A DNA stretch of 64,000 bases from the NCBI GenBank assembly GCA_002633005.1, contig NMRA01000262.1, positions 363,735 through 427,734 on the forward strand, written 5' to 3'. The notes under the pieces were generated by a model. That model saw nothing but the letters and a program-made list of their open reading frames with translations. It was not told where the DNA came from and ran no database searches. Position 1 is the first letter of the stretch. Every line of letters begins with the position of its first letter. Positions 52,129 through 64,000 of this stretch are shown here, one piece after another. The position numbers and the translations under genes were made by a program. The stretch is from Phoronis australis. Lineage: Eukaryota; Animalia; Phoronida.

Positions 52129-55100
52129 GAAGAGTGTGGTACTGGCATGTCACTAAGAAATAATGGAATGTTCCAAAATTATATGTAAGAGTGCACCAGA
52201 AGGGATTACAATGTTGTGGTGGTGATGAGCTGCCTTACTTTTTTCTACTTGTAACTGCACAAAACAATTGTCTGCATTGCTAGTAGCCTGGTACATTGAA
52301 TAGGGATCACATGCGAAACTGTTGGGTGGAGATGAAACCAGCAGTGAGCAACGACATTTTTTCGCCATGCTTTTGTTAAGTTTAAATAAATCTGTGAATC
52401 GCAAAAGTAGAATGTTTTTACCTCTGCATAGAATCTGTAAATGTGCAACATTGAAAGTGTTTTACATAGCATAAGAAGTCGCAGCTCCATCGCAGATATG
52501 ATTTTTCAGCTGATGCGCCAAGGCAGACAAGAGCTGTTTCTATATTTCGACCAAGTAATGCATAACTAATTTGATGCGGCATGCGAAGACTGTAAACGAG
52601 TCACCTGTGTAGAGTTTGAAAAACCGTTACCAGTTTCTCGGCAACTTGAGACAGTTCTGGGAGTTGTAAACATTGCAAAAGAAACTCTAATTCTAACACC
52701 ATTAGTTCCTGGTAAAACCATTTTCTGGGAGATGTTCTAAGTATTTGGGTCAGAAATGGCACTCCAAATACAATGGTACCTACACCAACAGTGAAAGATA
52801 GGTGCATGCACCCATATGAAATATTTGGACAATGAAAGCGAAACGCATATTTCGCATGGGGCGTATGGATGTATATATGGGCACACTTTCATTCGGGCAC
52901 ACTTACATACGGGCACACTTGCATATTGATACAATACCAAGCATGACGCGTTACGAAAGAACAAAACGTGTAACTATGAGACAGCAATTGTATTTATAAA
53001 CATAGGTATGTGTGGCCATAGTTTCCCTGGGGATTAGCCAGACAAGACCAAACTGCGAGGACCTGTTGATTCCAAATCCGATTTTCACTTTTGTGGAGTG
53101 AAATGGTCTTGTTCAAAGAATATACCCTGAAATATCCTAAGAGTAAAGAAAAGTTAGTTAATTATAAGTTTCTATTTTTCGACTAGCCAGGACCGGCCTC
53201 TAACTCTTAAGTCTTGCATACTTCGAAAGCTGCTGATCAGCGCTCCATCGGGGAAATTATTGTCTTTGTATGCCCGCCCCATAGAACAGAAATATGTGTC
53301 TCGGGGTAGGTAAAATTATAAAACATCCCAATACGACTCCATACACGGCATTTTGCTTAGGTTTATATGTTAGTACCGTAGACTGTCAGCAGCAATTAAA
53401 TACTTTTAAGTTAAGAGCAGTAACGTAATTAAAAATGACATATTCATGGCGACAATCAAGCATGAATAAAATTCACAGAGTTGAACAGCATTTCACAAAT
53501 TTAACTCAGACAGCTATTTGGAGCTTTTACTGTCAAAAATACTTCGATTTTCTTACATGAACATATTTTTCTTTCACTTTCGTTTCGCATAACTCTGCAA
53601 GGCTAATGCCCTTCGACTTTCCCGGATGTTGAACTACGTGACCTTCAGGCACATGTGGGCTACCGTCCTATTCACAAGCTCACTTTGGTTTGCACGCAAT
53701 GTTAGGTTTCAGGCCTTATGGATACCTTTGCTTTGCACTGGCTCAATGCATTGCCTTATGCACTGCTTGGATTACACATGCAGTTTTGGATGTGCTCTGG
53801 CTAAGTAGTGGGCCAAGGACTCGCGACCCGTTCTCCTTCACGACAGGGAAGAGAACCTCGTGTGCCTGGTTGCATGAAATAGTCCTAAATATGGACTCAA
53901 CTAAGTTCCCTGATTTTTTGCGTATTTGTGTCTCTCTTTAGTCACAGGTATAATAAGTTTATATCATTTCGTCTGTATTATGAGCTCATTTTTGTCTAAT
54001 GACATTTTCTAATAAAATAACTAAAAACTGAGGCATCACCTTGTTTTTGTTTTGAGTGTTTAAAATCCAAAACCTCCTCCACAGGCACAAACCTGAGGTC
54101 AGAATATCCCGTTGAATCAAAATCATTAATGTCGTCTACGAACGCAAAAATTGAGCAAAATCTGAGAAGACAATCTTTGATAGCGAAAATTCTCATGTCA
54201 GTACTTTCTATTCCCAAGAAATTTCCAATTCCAGGTCCGGCGTCGAAAATTAGTTCCTAAAATCACTGGTGGTGGTGCCGTTTTTAAAGTTTCGCCAGGT
54301 TCCTTCATCAGTTACAAAATTTTTGTTCATTTGCTTGTTTTGTCCAGAAAAGCAATCAACGTGTTTGCAAATATTTGCGATTTGAACAGTTTAAATCGAT
54401 TGAATTCAATTTAGTATCTATGTGAATTTCATCTTCCATTGATCGAACTAGAGGTGGAGCCCGAACTGAAATATCGATGAATATGTCCTCCTTTATAGTC
54501 GCCGACTGTTAGTGATGAATGACTGCACTGACAAGTACCATATACATGTATATGTTTTAGTTATCCCAGGCTACGCTTGACTCATTGAATCCTCGGTAAT
54601 TTGATTATGTTTTAATTGTCCCAAGCTACGCTTGACTGATTGAATCCTCGGTAATTTGGTTATACAAGCAATTATCGTGTGTGCGTTATGCACTCGATCA
54701 CGTCTTCATAGCCTAGCAACTCGTGGTAAACTGTGTTGCTTGTCGTCTTTCCGCCTAAGATTTCCTGCTCCGGTACCCGGACAACAGAATGATCTGCTAT
54801 TTAACTTATCCCAGGTTATTTGTTTACGACTAACAATAGAATGATCCACTGCCTGACATATCCCAGGCCATTTGTTTACGACAAGCGTCCGATCTAGGAT
54901 ACGCTCATCGCTGGTATTTCCACATTGAATTCTGCGTGTCTGAACATCGTCAAGTCCCTGCTATTCCAGAAGTGCTTTGAAAGTATACCCAATTGCTATC
55001 AATACCAGCAACAGAAGTTGATGAAGAACGTTTCCCTTCTTCTATACAGAAGATGAAAATGTTAGAAAAAAAGACAATGCTAGATAGGTTTCATATACGT

Positions 55101-55174
55101 GGTAGATTCTGCCAGCAGTTTACCGGCAATCATTTGAACTACGTTTGGTGTCAGAAACAGTTAGGGGTTCGGAT

Positions 55175-55306
55175 TCATTTCCAATTGCTTTGCCCGCTTG
55201 GCTTCCTGTTCTTCGCACTGAAAATCTCTCTTTGTCTTCTCACGCTTGCTGGCTTAATGGTTTGTCCACCGTATTCTTCTAGACATGCCTTGGTCAACTC
55301 GTTCGC
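55175..55306 (-). CDS. probable terminal coding exon of the minus-strand MTBD-like gene
   Basis: ttttgtAG acceptor, phase 0; ANELTKACLEEYGGQTIKPASVRRQREIFSAKNRKPSGQSNWK-stop. Confidence 0.55.
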   Translation of the reverse strand, partial: ANELTKACLEEYGGQTIKPASVRRQREIFSAKNRKPSGQSNWK

Positions 55307-55916
55307 CTACAAAATAACTTTTCTCTAAAATCCCAATACATCCCACATTATCACATATTTTTGTTTTGATTTCCGTACTCCTTGATCGTATTAATAAATG
55401 AAGGCAAGTGCGATAATGTTATCCATTGAATTACATGGCGATATCGGGCGAACCTTGGTGAGATATCGCCTAACTGTTAAAACACCAACCTCCACCATTT
55501 CGTTTGACGATTTTTCGGTCGGTCAAGATTCTCGTACCGTCCAGCGGAACGGTTCACTGAGTGACGAAAGGGTTTGTCAGTAAGTTTTTGATTTTCCATG
55601 AACGTTCATCTATGATGAAAGTTGGTGCAAACAGACAAAAATTATATTTAGTTATGTAACTCATCAGGTTAAAATAGCAACAGGAAACTGTTTGTCACAA
55701 AGTACAAGACAAGGGCGCTTCCTAACAAAATGAAAACTTTCCTCTCATACTTCATGACTGATTTCATTTATTTCTTGATTAAAACGGTTCAAAGATCAAC
55801 GCTTGTGTGGGTTGATGCCAACCTGAAGACATGTGCCATTTCGCGAACCTTTTTTAAGCAGAGTGAATGTTATTTTGAACGCTGTTTTGTCTACAGTACA
55901 AAACAAAAGTTACCAG

Positions 55917-58761
55917 TGTTACGTTTTAGAAGAATGGTGGACGATGTTATCAAAAAGTTTATATTGTGGCTGAACCTAAGCACGGCATCATAACGATGAC
56001 ATCACAGAACATATAAGACAATACCACAACACCTTCCCGCCCTACGAAATAATCTATGTTCCCTTCTTTTTCAATCGTTCCGACCTTCGTAAATTATGCG
56101 GCTCATATTCGGTGCCAGTTGATTCGCAGCCACTGCAGGAACTCCATTAGTTGGTCCGAAAATAAAAGCTAAAGGTCTGTGATCAGTAACCAAAATAAAT
56201 CGTTGTTCGTAAAGAAAACGATGACATTTCTTCAGCACAAAAACGATTACAAGAGCCTCACGTTGAATTTGGCTTATTTCCTTTTCGAGTCCGTGAAAGT
56301 TTTTCAAACATCAGCAGTTGGTGGTTCACTTCCATCCGGATAGCGATGAAAAAGAACACCAATCTCAACATTGGAAGCATAGCAAGAAATTTCCAATTGT
56401 TTTGTCGGGTCAAAATGACCAAGAACTGCGTCTATACATAGGATTTCTTTTAAACTTTGCAAAACTGAACACTCTTCAGCATCTCCAAGGCATATCTTTA
56501 CATGTTCGACGGTTGAGAGGGTCAGTTAAAGTAACTAAATTCGGAATGAAATTTCTATAAAACTGTAACGACCCAAGAAAAGAACGTAGAACGTCTGAAG
56601 GAACTGGCATCTTTAAAATATCCTCTACGTCATTTCCCTTTTTAATGCCTTCATAAAACATGTTACCAAGATATCCCTAATTTTTTTGCCAATACGCATC
56701 TCTCCATTGACATTTCATGCCATTATCTTGCAACAGTTGAGTAAACGTCGCAAGTTTCATAGATATTCATCAGAATTGCGACATCTCACTCAAATATCAT
56801 ATCAATATACAACCACGCCATGTAAATCACTAGTCAATTTGTCCATAGTATCCTGGAAATAACCACGAACAAAAAATCCCAAATGGCAACCTCTTTTGTA
56901 GAACTCCACGATGTGTGGATAATGCCAGGCGTCTCTGACTTTCCGGTGTCAATTTAATCTGATTATAGGCATCAGCTAAATTTATCATTGTGAAACAGAA
57001 GCCGCCACTGAGTTTTCGCATTAGATCTTAAAGCACGGCTGACGGTGAGTTTTAAGTTGAGGATTTATTACTGAGTAATGTACACATATTCAAGTTCTGT
57101 TTATTTTGTCCAGAAAGCGATGCTTTTCTTATAAGGACAACAGGTGTTCGTTGAATGGTGTTGGTTCCCGAATTTCACGTTTGATACCACCATCACAAGT
57201 ATGATTCAAGTCACCCAGTAATACAAATGGTACTGCACGATATTTGCAAAATATTGGTTGGACATCGGGCTTGAATTTTAGATCTACTTTGAAATCGTTT
57301 GAACAACCCAGTTCGGATTTGAAAATGTCTGGAAATTCATTGCAGAAGTTGTTGCATGCTTGCTGAAACTGTACATCACTTTTCCTTCCTCATGACAAAC
57401 AGCACCAACTATGTCCCGTTGGTTGTCCTCACGCGAAAAGGGAATCTTACAGAGAGCAGTGACACCAATTCTTAGTTGTCGAACTGCAGTGCGGCCAACA
57501 ACATTTGTTTGCCATTTCGACTGTAACTTTGCATCTGCAACGGCAATTCCCAATCCTTGTAATGGTTTTTCGTAACACCGACTGTGTGATGGAGATAGTA
57601 CTGGTTTTCCTAAGTTAAACCAAACCTTCTTTGAAATGAAATTGTCTGACGATCCAGTGTCTACGCCAAAAACCGGATTCTTGTCACAAATGTATACAAA
57701 AACCTGAATTGGATCCCCGGCGGTCCGAAATTTAAGTATATTTGTATAGGTCTTGCTAAAATACTGCTTACTTTGGCCCCTGCATTTCGTCTTTAACTAA
57801 GACATTCTGCCTCTGTATAACCTTCTTGTGACAGAAACGACATTCAGCCGTTTTAAACCGAAAATCAGAACGGGAACAATTACCTTTCGGAAAATCTGTT
57901 TTTGGATTCCAGCTGCTTTAGTACCTCCTGACCTATTTGATTGTAACGCAGTTGCTTAATTACCTTAAGCACACCTTCCTCTTTTGGTTCGTAAATTGTT
58001 TCTGTTGCAGCTTTAGCCGCATCTCCAATTACAGTTGCTATTTCAATTAAATTTTGCAAATGACAATTTATCGCCATTGTTGATTGAACAAATGGATCGC
58101 GTATTCATCGCTTCCTCTTGCCGGTTGGTTATGGCTGGAAAGATGTTTTTTGCAGCATCTTACCAAATGCATGCAAGCTCCTGGATTGTTTCACCTGGCT
58201 TTCGTTTGGTGTCGGACCCAATCTTGAAGCGTTCCTGTACTGTAGAACTGATTCTCCATGAACTTTGCTATTTCAACTACGGTTAGCTGATTGATATTCT
58301 TGGCTGGCGTTCGTTGTTATGCCAGCGTACCCAGCAACTTCTATGCCGTGGAAGTTTGGTTTGTTAAAAAGACTTGGGGTAATTTTTCGGTTATTATGGG
58401 ATTGGCTTCTGCGAAAGTTCTAAAACGTGACCAGTAATCTTTGCATAACTCTGTGGAACTATCAAAAGGTGAAAATGGTGAAAATGCAAGTGTTTGTGTT
58501 GAAGCTGCTGGCAGTTGGATGAGTCTACTTGTAATCACCTGAGGGAAACTCTAGTTATTTCCCTGTCGTTGGTTGATTTGTTGCTGTAACAACAACATAA
58601 TTCCAGCTAACTCCGTTCTGATCCTGTAAACTACATACACCAAATGTTATGCTTTCGACGAATGGACGATGATGTTATCAAAGAAAGTGTGTGTTTGATT
58701 GAGCCCAAAAACGACATCATAAACGATGACATCACAGAAAGTATAAGAAAATATTAAAACA
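55917..58761 (-). mobile_element. decayed Ty3/Gypsy LTR retrotransposon (Mag-like), integrase region missing
   Basis: Diverged TG..CA LTRs of ~115 bp at 55917-56031 and 58645-58761; polypurine tract at 56032-56043; gag FSPFDSSTELCKDYWSRF; protease VDTGS; RT INLADAYNQI..RLPFGI; RNase H REALVIVF..LVTDHRPL; many stops and frameshifts. Confidence 0.88.
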
Positions 58762-58856
58762 ATTAGACAGAATGCCGTATCGTCGTCATGAAGATTTGAA
58801 TTCTGATCATAATTAATATGACCGATAATAGCTTTTAGGGCGGCAAACTTATTTAC

Positions 58857-58955
58857 AGGAAGGCTCATCCACTTCACTATTTTTTCTGTTAATTCCTCTT
58901 CATTCTTGGTCATCAGGGGAGACTGTAATGGCGATGAATTCGCCATCTTGTCAGC
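58857..58955 (-). CDS. possible alternative 3' exon of the MTBD-like gene
   Basis: catctAG acceptor, phase 0; ADKMANSSPLQSPLMTKNEEELTEKIVKWMSLP; 3' boundary uncertain (the frame also runs on into the LTR). Confidence 0.35.
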
Positions 58956-59407
58956 CTAGATGGCGCAAGTTAACAAACATTGTCCAGTGTTTCCCACGGT
59001 TATACTCTAGTCGAATTGGACCTCACAAGTGTTATTATTGGCTAAATGAGCCACTCCATACTAATCTTTGCTTGCTTTGAAGTTGTCCACGAAATCGCAA
59101 TGGATAAAAACTCGTCATACTGTTATATATGTAGTTGTGTGGATTGTTTATGTTACAGAAGCTTTGTTACATTTCAAGTTTTTTGACTTTCTTATCGAAA
59201 ACGTTTACTTTCGTCATAAAATTATAGAATTTGCACAATGTGGAGGATTATCTACGAAGGTATAAGCTGGCCAATAATTTCCTTACTGGCAATTGCAGGG
59301 GTATAAACGACACATGTGCCGCCGTAATGTAAGGCGCAACGAGTCAAACTACCTTGCGCAGTCGAAAACACGGCTGGGTTCTTTTTAAAATATAGTGTGA
59401 AACATAC

Positions 59408-59614
59408 CCAATGAAACAATGTCCCTGCTCCTCTGCTGATTGTAGAGACCTCTGTTGGTGAGTGGTTGGAGAGAATTTCGCGCACTCTTGCGGCAACTTC
59501 TGGGTGGAGGTGGTGTTTTTCAATTCTCATTAAGCGGTTGAATAACACCTCACCTTCGCTTACGTTCTGGCCGGGACCTGTAGCATTGCACATTTTTTGG
59601 CACTCGCTCCATTT
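59408..59614 (-). CDS. exon of an uncharacterised protein, dynein MTBD-like second half
   Basis: tttcAG acceptor, TGG|GTATGT donor, 207 nt, phase 0-0; KWSECQKMCNATGPGQNVSEGEVLFNRLMRIEKHHLHPEVAARVREILSNHSPTEVSTISRGAGTLFHW. Confidence 0.8.
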
Positions 59615-60521
59615 CTGAAACATAAGAGAAAATCTCAATTGTCGTGGCTGAAAATAAACCTAGAGTATACGTAACGAGTGAGTTGATCAAAATAGAAGGT
59701 TACTTAGAACATTTTGCATAACTTTAAAATCTTTAAATTTTCCGTTTAGTAATGTGGTTCTAAAATATACGATGCAAGATACTTTATGGTTCACTTAAAG
59801 ACACACTGCATGACAACTGTCAGATTTTAGCACTTTTTTATGTGGCACTGTATGGCAAACACGAGAGAGCCAGAAGGTTACACGTCGCTCACTTCGAACT
59901 CAGCCTCAGCACTTGCAATTCAACAAAGTCGTCACGCTAAAGTGTGATAGTTTGCATTGATTGAAGATGCACACAAGTGCTGTTTATGCACACGTATGCA
60001 TAATTAGAACATACGGGTACAATTATACACATTAGATCAGGTGAAACTCCCGAGCTAATCCACTCCTGCACTGCACATTTCTGGAGAAATGTATTGCAAG
60101 GACCTGGTATGTAAATGTTTTAGTAGCAAAACTAACCTTTTCGACATGAATTCGATATAATAATAACTCTGATCTTGTGTTAAGTATTACTGCTCCAAAA
60201 TGGGGTCTAAACTACTGTTATGCCACTTCCCATTATAACTGTTTTGAGTGTGACAGCCTTCGGTAGTTGTTTGATTTATCCATAAGCTTTAGTTCTCGGG
60301 TAACTTTCAAATAAATCTCAGGTATGAATTAGGAATTCTTTCGCAAAAATTTTATATGGAACTTGACGGAAGGTACATATGGCACACTCATAAATATTCG
60401 AGGCCGCTGAACTAATGTAAATCTACTGTGCGGTATCTAATTATAAACGTGTCACGACCTAATTCGAATCAAGGACCTTGCCGGCCTAAATATATTAAAG
60501 CTGCTGCCTTAGACGTCGGAG

Positions 60522-61685
60522 CAAGGAGTGTACATAGAATAGGAGAGTTCACTCTGCCATCTTGCTATTCGGTGCAATGGTTGTCATCGAAAAAATAACG
60601 CTCCAAGCGGCGAATAAGCATCACTAATTTAGCGGCGTACTCCGAACCATGTAAACGCTGATAAATTCATACTTCAATAACGTTCGACGTGCAGTAAAAT
60701 TAATGTGTAATTGAAAATGGGTAAAATGTGTAAACTAACACCCACTCATAATCGAATGAGAATGAAAATGTGTGTTTTAATCAATATTTAAGTGTATTTG
60801 CTTTCATTGTAGTGAAGCTCCCTTCAAAAGCCATCATGGTCTCGTTGAAAAAAGCAAATTAAAGTTCCTTATGACTACATAATTTTAGTGATTGCTCGGG
60901 NAAGGGAGAGTTGTCCCCACTGCAGAAAAGGGGTACAAGGGAGGTTGGCCCCAAATTGGCACGTGTTGACCTCCTCCCATGGGGGTACACGGGAGGAGTG
61001 CTAAACAGATAAAACCACTAAGATACGCCACGTGAGAGTTTAGCCCCTCCCATCTTCACAAATTTTGATTGTTCCCCTGACCACTGGCAACATGTGCTGA
61101 GGTGGTGATAAGGTTTAGCCCTCGTTTTGTGCATGACCCCAAGGACTTTTTCTTGTAATGACTGGTGGCCATTATGCTCCAGTACCATCATGGGCCTTTT
61201 GCAACTTTTCATTACAAAGTGCTCCCAGTTCACTGCTCGTTTCATGTCCACCCAACGATTCTGTCCCAAGAAAGCATGAAAATCCAGCACTACCGCAACA
61301 CTGTATTCCATTTTGATGATCCATCACGTATAATTTTAGTAGACGTACCTTGACAAAGAAGTATCTGCAGAAGGCAGAGCGTAGCCTGTGCATTAGCTTT
61401 TAGTGCAGACGACACCAGCACCGGGAAAGCGATCGACTTCTCTTCCAACCGACATATTATTAAATGACAAATAATCCTTACCTTTCTGGGTCCGTAGGAA
61501 ACGTAAAAATGACAGTTCTGTTGATTTCGTGGGTGAACTGATGCAATTTATCGCACTGACAAATGCGCCATTCCCCATTGTTCTCGCGCTTCCTACTTGA
61601 CCGTTGCTTATTCACCGCTTGGCGGCGCCAGTAGTTGCGATAACAGCAAACTCACAAGTGAACTCCTATTATACTACACTCCACG
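60522..61685 (-). mobile_element. internally deleted THAP/P-element-like transposon, same family as the 48926 element
   Basis: Inverted termini caaggagtgtacatagaataggagagttcac / gtgaactcctattatactacactccacg; THAP exon 1 remnant MGNGAFVSAINC..ELSFLRF/TDPER|gtaagg at 61578-61482. Confidence 0.75.
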
Positions 61686-61771
61686 GTTGGCATGAGCAAT
61701 TTTAGTTCGAGCTATTGCGAAGTAATGGCTCGCTTTAAAACTATCCTTTAACAGCAGACGAGACGACTTAC

Positions 61772-62058
61772 TTCGGTTTTTGCCTCGTCTTCCCCCAGTA
61801 TTAGGAGAGTAGACACCATGACATGGTGGATTGCCGGTGGTGGGTGAGTATACTGTTTTATCTCAGCCAGAGTGGAGCGATCCATTTCCAAGATGCATGA
61901 CTTGTAGTGCTCCGATCGTTCTAGAGTTGCCTTGAGCTTGCTACACTGTTTCAGTTCGATCGTCATGCGTCTCTTCTTAATAGTTTGACTCATGTCTACG
62001 TTGTTCATTGCGTCACTGACAGCTGCTAGGTCGCAACTATCAGACGCCTGGTGCAAGG
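61772..62058 (-). CDS. exon of an uncharacterised protein, dynein MTBD-like first half
   Basis: Phase 1-0, GAA|GTAAGT donor; ALHQASDSCD...ILEMDRSTLAEIKQYTHPPPAIHHVMVSTLLILGEDEAKTE. Confidence 0.82.
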
Positions 62059-63360
62059 CTTGTAAATACATGGGGAGCTGCCATTTAACTTAATAAACTG
62101 AATTAAACATCAAACTTGTGTGGCAATCAGAGTCCCTTGTCCTGGAACGATGTCTGACTATGTTGTAAATAAGTTAACTTTGAAACAAGACTAGAAGATG
62201 GTTAGCATACATTATTGCATTCGTCCCTAAGTACAACAATAAACATGTATACATGTACAGGCAAAGTTCAATACACAATATCGCACTATCTCAAAATATA
62301 CAAACTTTACATCAGGACTATCCATAATAAAGACTCTACTTAACAAACACGCCCTGAAATCCTTTGGCAAGAACGTGGAGTGAAACAGGTAATCAGATCT
62401 TCATAAACTATTCATAATTGTTGGTAGATGGAAATTTAGATCTTTTCTCTTGGCAAAATTCTATGGTCGCAACATTGTCAACAGCCAATTCATATTTGAA
62501 TGGACAAAATGCGATGGCATTTCATAGCCAAAAAGCAATGACATTTCACGAGAAATCTAATTTAGTGAAAGTGGGTATTTAAGAAAGTGTCAGTGGAAAT
62601 TAGTTTCCTAGTGACAATATAACATCTGCACAGCAACACAGGTGGTGTTGCTTAACTTGCTTAAAATCACCAAATTTCATATCGAAAAACAAAAATGACC
62701 CCAACAGTCAACCAGCTGTCAAATTAGAACACCCGCGAACACTGTCTGACGAAATGTAAATTAGCTGATCTCGAATTACGAACACTTATTTGTCGAAACA
62801 CATTACGTCAAATCGGGAACCTAATCCCAAGACTAGTCATCTTTCATTTCGTTTGGTGTGAAAATTCGTCTCGTTTTCCCGTGGTTTATGGTACACAAAG
62901 GAAAGGAGAGACATCGCGTTTGTGTGGTTGTGACATATATTATCGGACCATGCTGTGTGCCTTATATCTTTCCTTCCAGTCACCGGAGAAGCGCGGATAT
63001 AGAACAACTTTGTACAAAAAAATGCTTCTTGAAGGATACGACACACCGGCGCTTGGCAAAGGTCATACGTCACATCCTTGTCCGCGGAGCTATCGTCACG
63101 TCTCTCTCGTTTTGAGACATTAAATTCACGATGGAGTAATGCAGTGCTATCAAGGAAGGGTTATTGATATCGACAATGTAGTCACTTCTCAAAACAAGGT
63201 AAATCGTAGTTTAGGCATTTTATATTAGCACGAGACAAAATTCACACATTTACACCTCTATAGAAGCCTACTATCAGGTCATCGATATAGCACATGGCAC
63301 CCTATCGGCGGCATGATCCTTATGAATACACCTTAGACGTCCACGTCAACATTTACTCAC

Positions 63361-63543
63361 CCTCCATGCTTTTCAGGTAGTCCAATGTCTTTGTGGCTCT
63401 CGTAATCAACTCTGAATTGATTTTCGCTTCTGTATGATCGTCGTTGTGTTCGTTACATTGTGATATCAACAGTTCGATATCGCCTTTGCTTTCCAATTTC
63501 ATTGCGTTTCTAAGCTTCTTCTGCAGACACTTTTTTGAACGTT
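63361..63543 (-). CDS. upstream helical exon of the same uncharacterised gene
   Basis: ctctAG acceptor, G|GTGAGT donor, 183 nt, phase 1-1, open; RSKKCLQKKLRNAMKLESKGDIELLISQCNEHNDDHTEAKINSELITRATKTLDYLKSME; phase matches the next exon. Confidence 0.78.
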
Positions 63544-63870
63544 CTAGAGCAGGGTAAAATTCGATGCATTTGAGTTAACATCAGTGTTATCAGCAAACAT
63601 TGCCTGGTGGTCAACCGTCATGGATTCTTTTCAATGCACACACATCCACAAATTGCATATTCATTGCTATTGTGAGACTTGTTTTGTACTATTAAAATGG
63701 CAAAGGCTTGCTATGCTATATTTTTCGTTTATTTACCACGTTTTTGACAGTTTTGGTCATTTGAAAGCGCATCTCTCTCCAAAATAAACTAGGCTCACCT
63801 TACGATATAACTCTGTCAAACAAACTACATGTAGGCTCAACCACTAGCACAACTAAGAAAAACAATCTAA

Positions 63871-64000
63871 GCTCACCTACCGCCCCAACTGTATTAAACA
63901 AACTGGGCTCACCTACCGCCCCAACTGTATTAAACAAACTGGGCTCACCTACCGCCCCAAATGTATTAAACAAACTGGGCTCACCTACCGCCCCAACTGT
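63871..64000. repeat. 36-bp minisatellite running off the window end
   Basis: unit ctcacctaccgccccaactgtattaaacaaactggg. Confidence 0.93.

Noticed and set aside
51939-52148. ORF with TIITNSY heptad repeats
   Set aside because: Translation of a perfect 21-bp minisatellite with no synonymous variation.

Overview
AT-rich invertebrate-type eukaryotic genomic DNA with three genic regions in dense transposon and minisatellite debris. (1) 1-21.9 kb, + strand: the 3' half of a PDE10A/C. elegans pde-5-like cyclic-nucleotide phosphodiesterase (end of GAF-B plus the complete catalytic domain), assembled by hand from 11 GT-AG exons with consistent phases. The main finding is that the exon carrying the metal-binding Asp and several nucleotide-pocket residues occurs as two intact, divergent 112-nt copies (15755-15866 and 19389-19500). 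Frame constraints force these to be mutually exclusive. The intron between them holds ten TGCATG (Rbfox) hexamers, seven of them inside a local ~34-bp repeat that clusters just upstream of the second exon. This suggests a splicing switch that swaps part of the active site. An upstream PDE exon has its splice acceptor quadruplicated by a 70-bp tandem repeat. (2) 38.7-48.6 kb, - strand: a spliced pseudogene of unknown family, with an intact intron-containing tRNA-Arg(TCT) at 42.6 kb on the + strand. (3) 55-63.5 kb, - strand: the 3' exons of a gene ending in a domain that resembles the dynein microtubule-binding domain. Also present are an 18S rRNA fragment, decayed Academ, Gypsy and THAP/P-type elements, several MITEs with readable target-site duplications, and many minisatellites. 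There is no CRISPR array. All family assignments come from motifs recognised by eye; no database searches were run.
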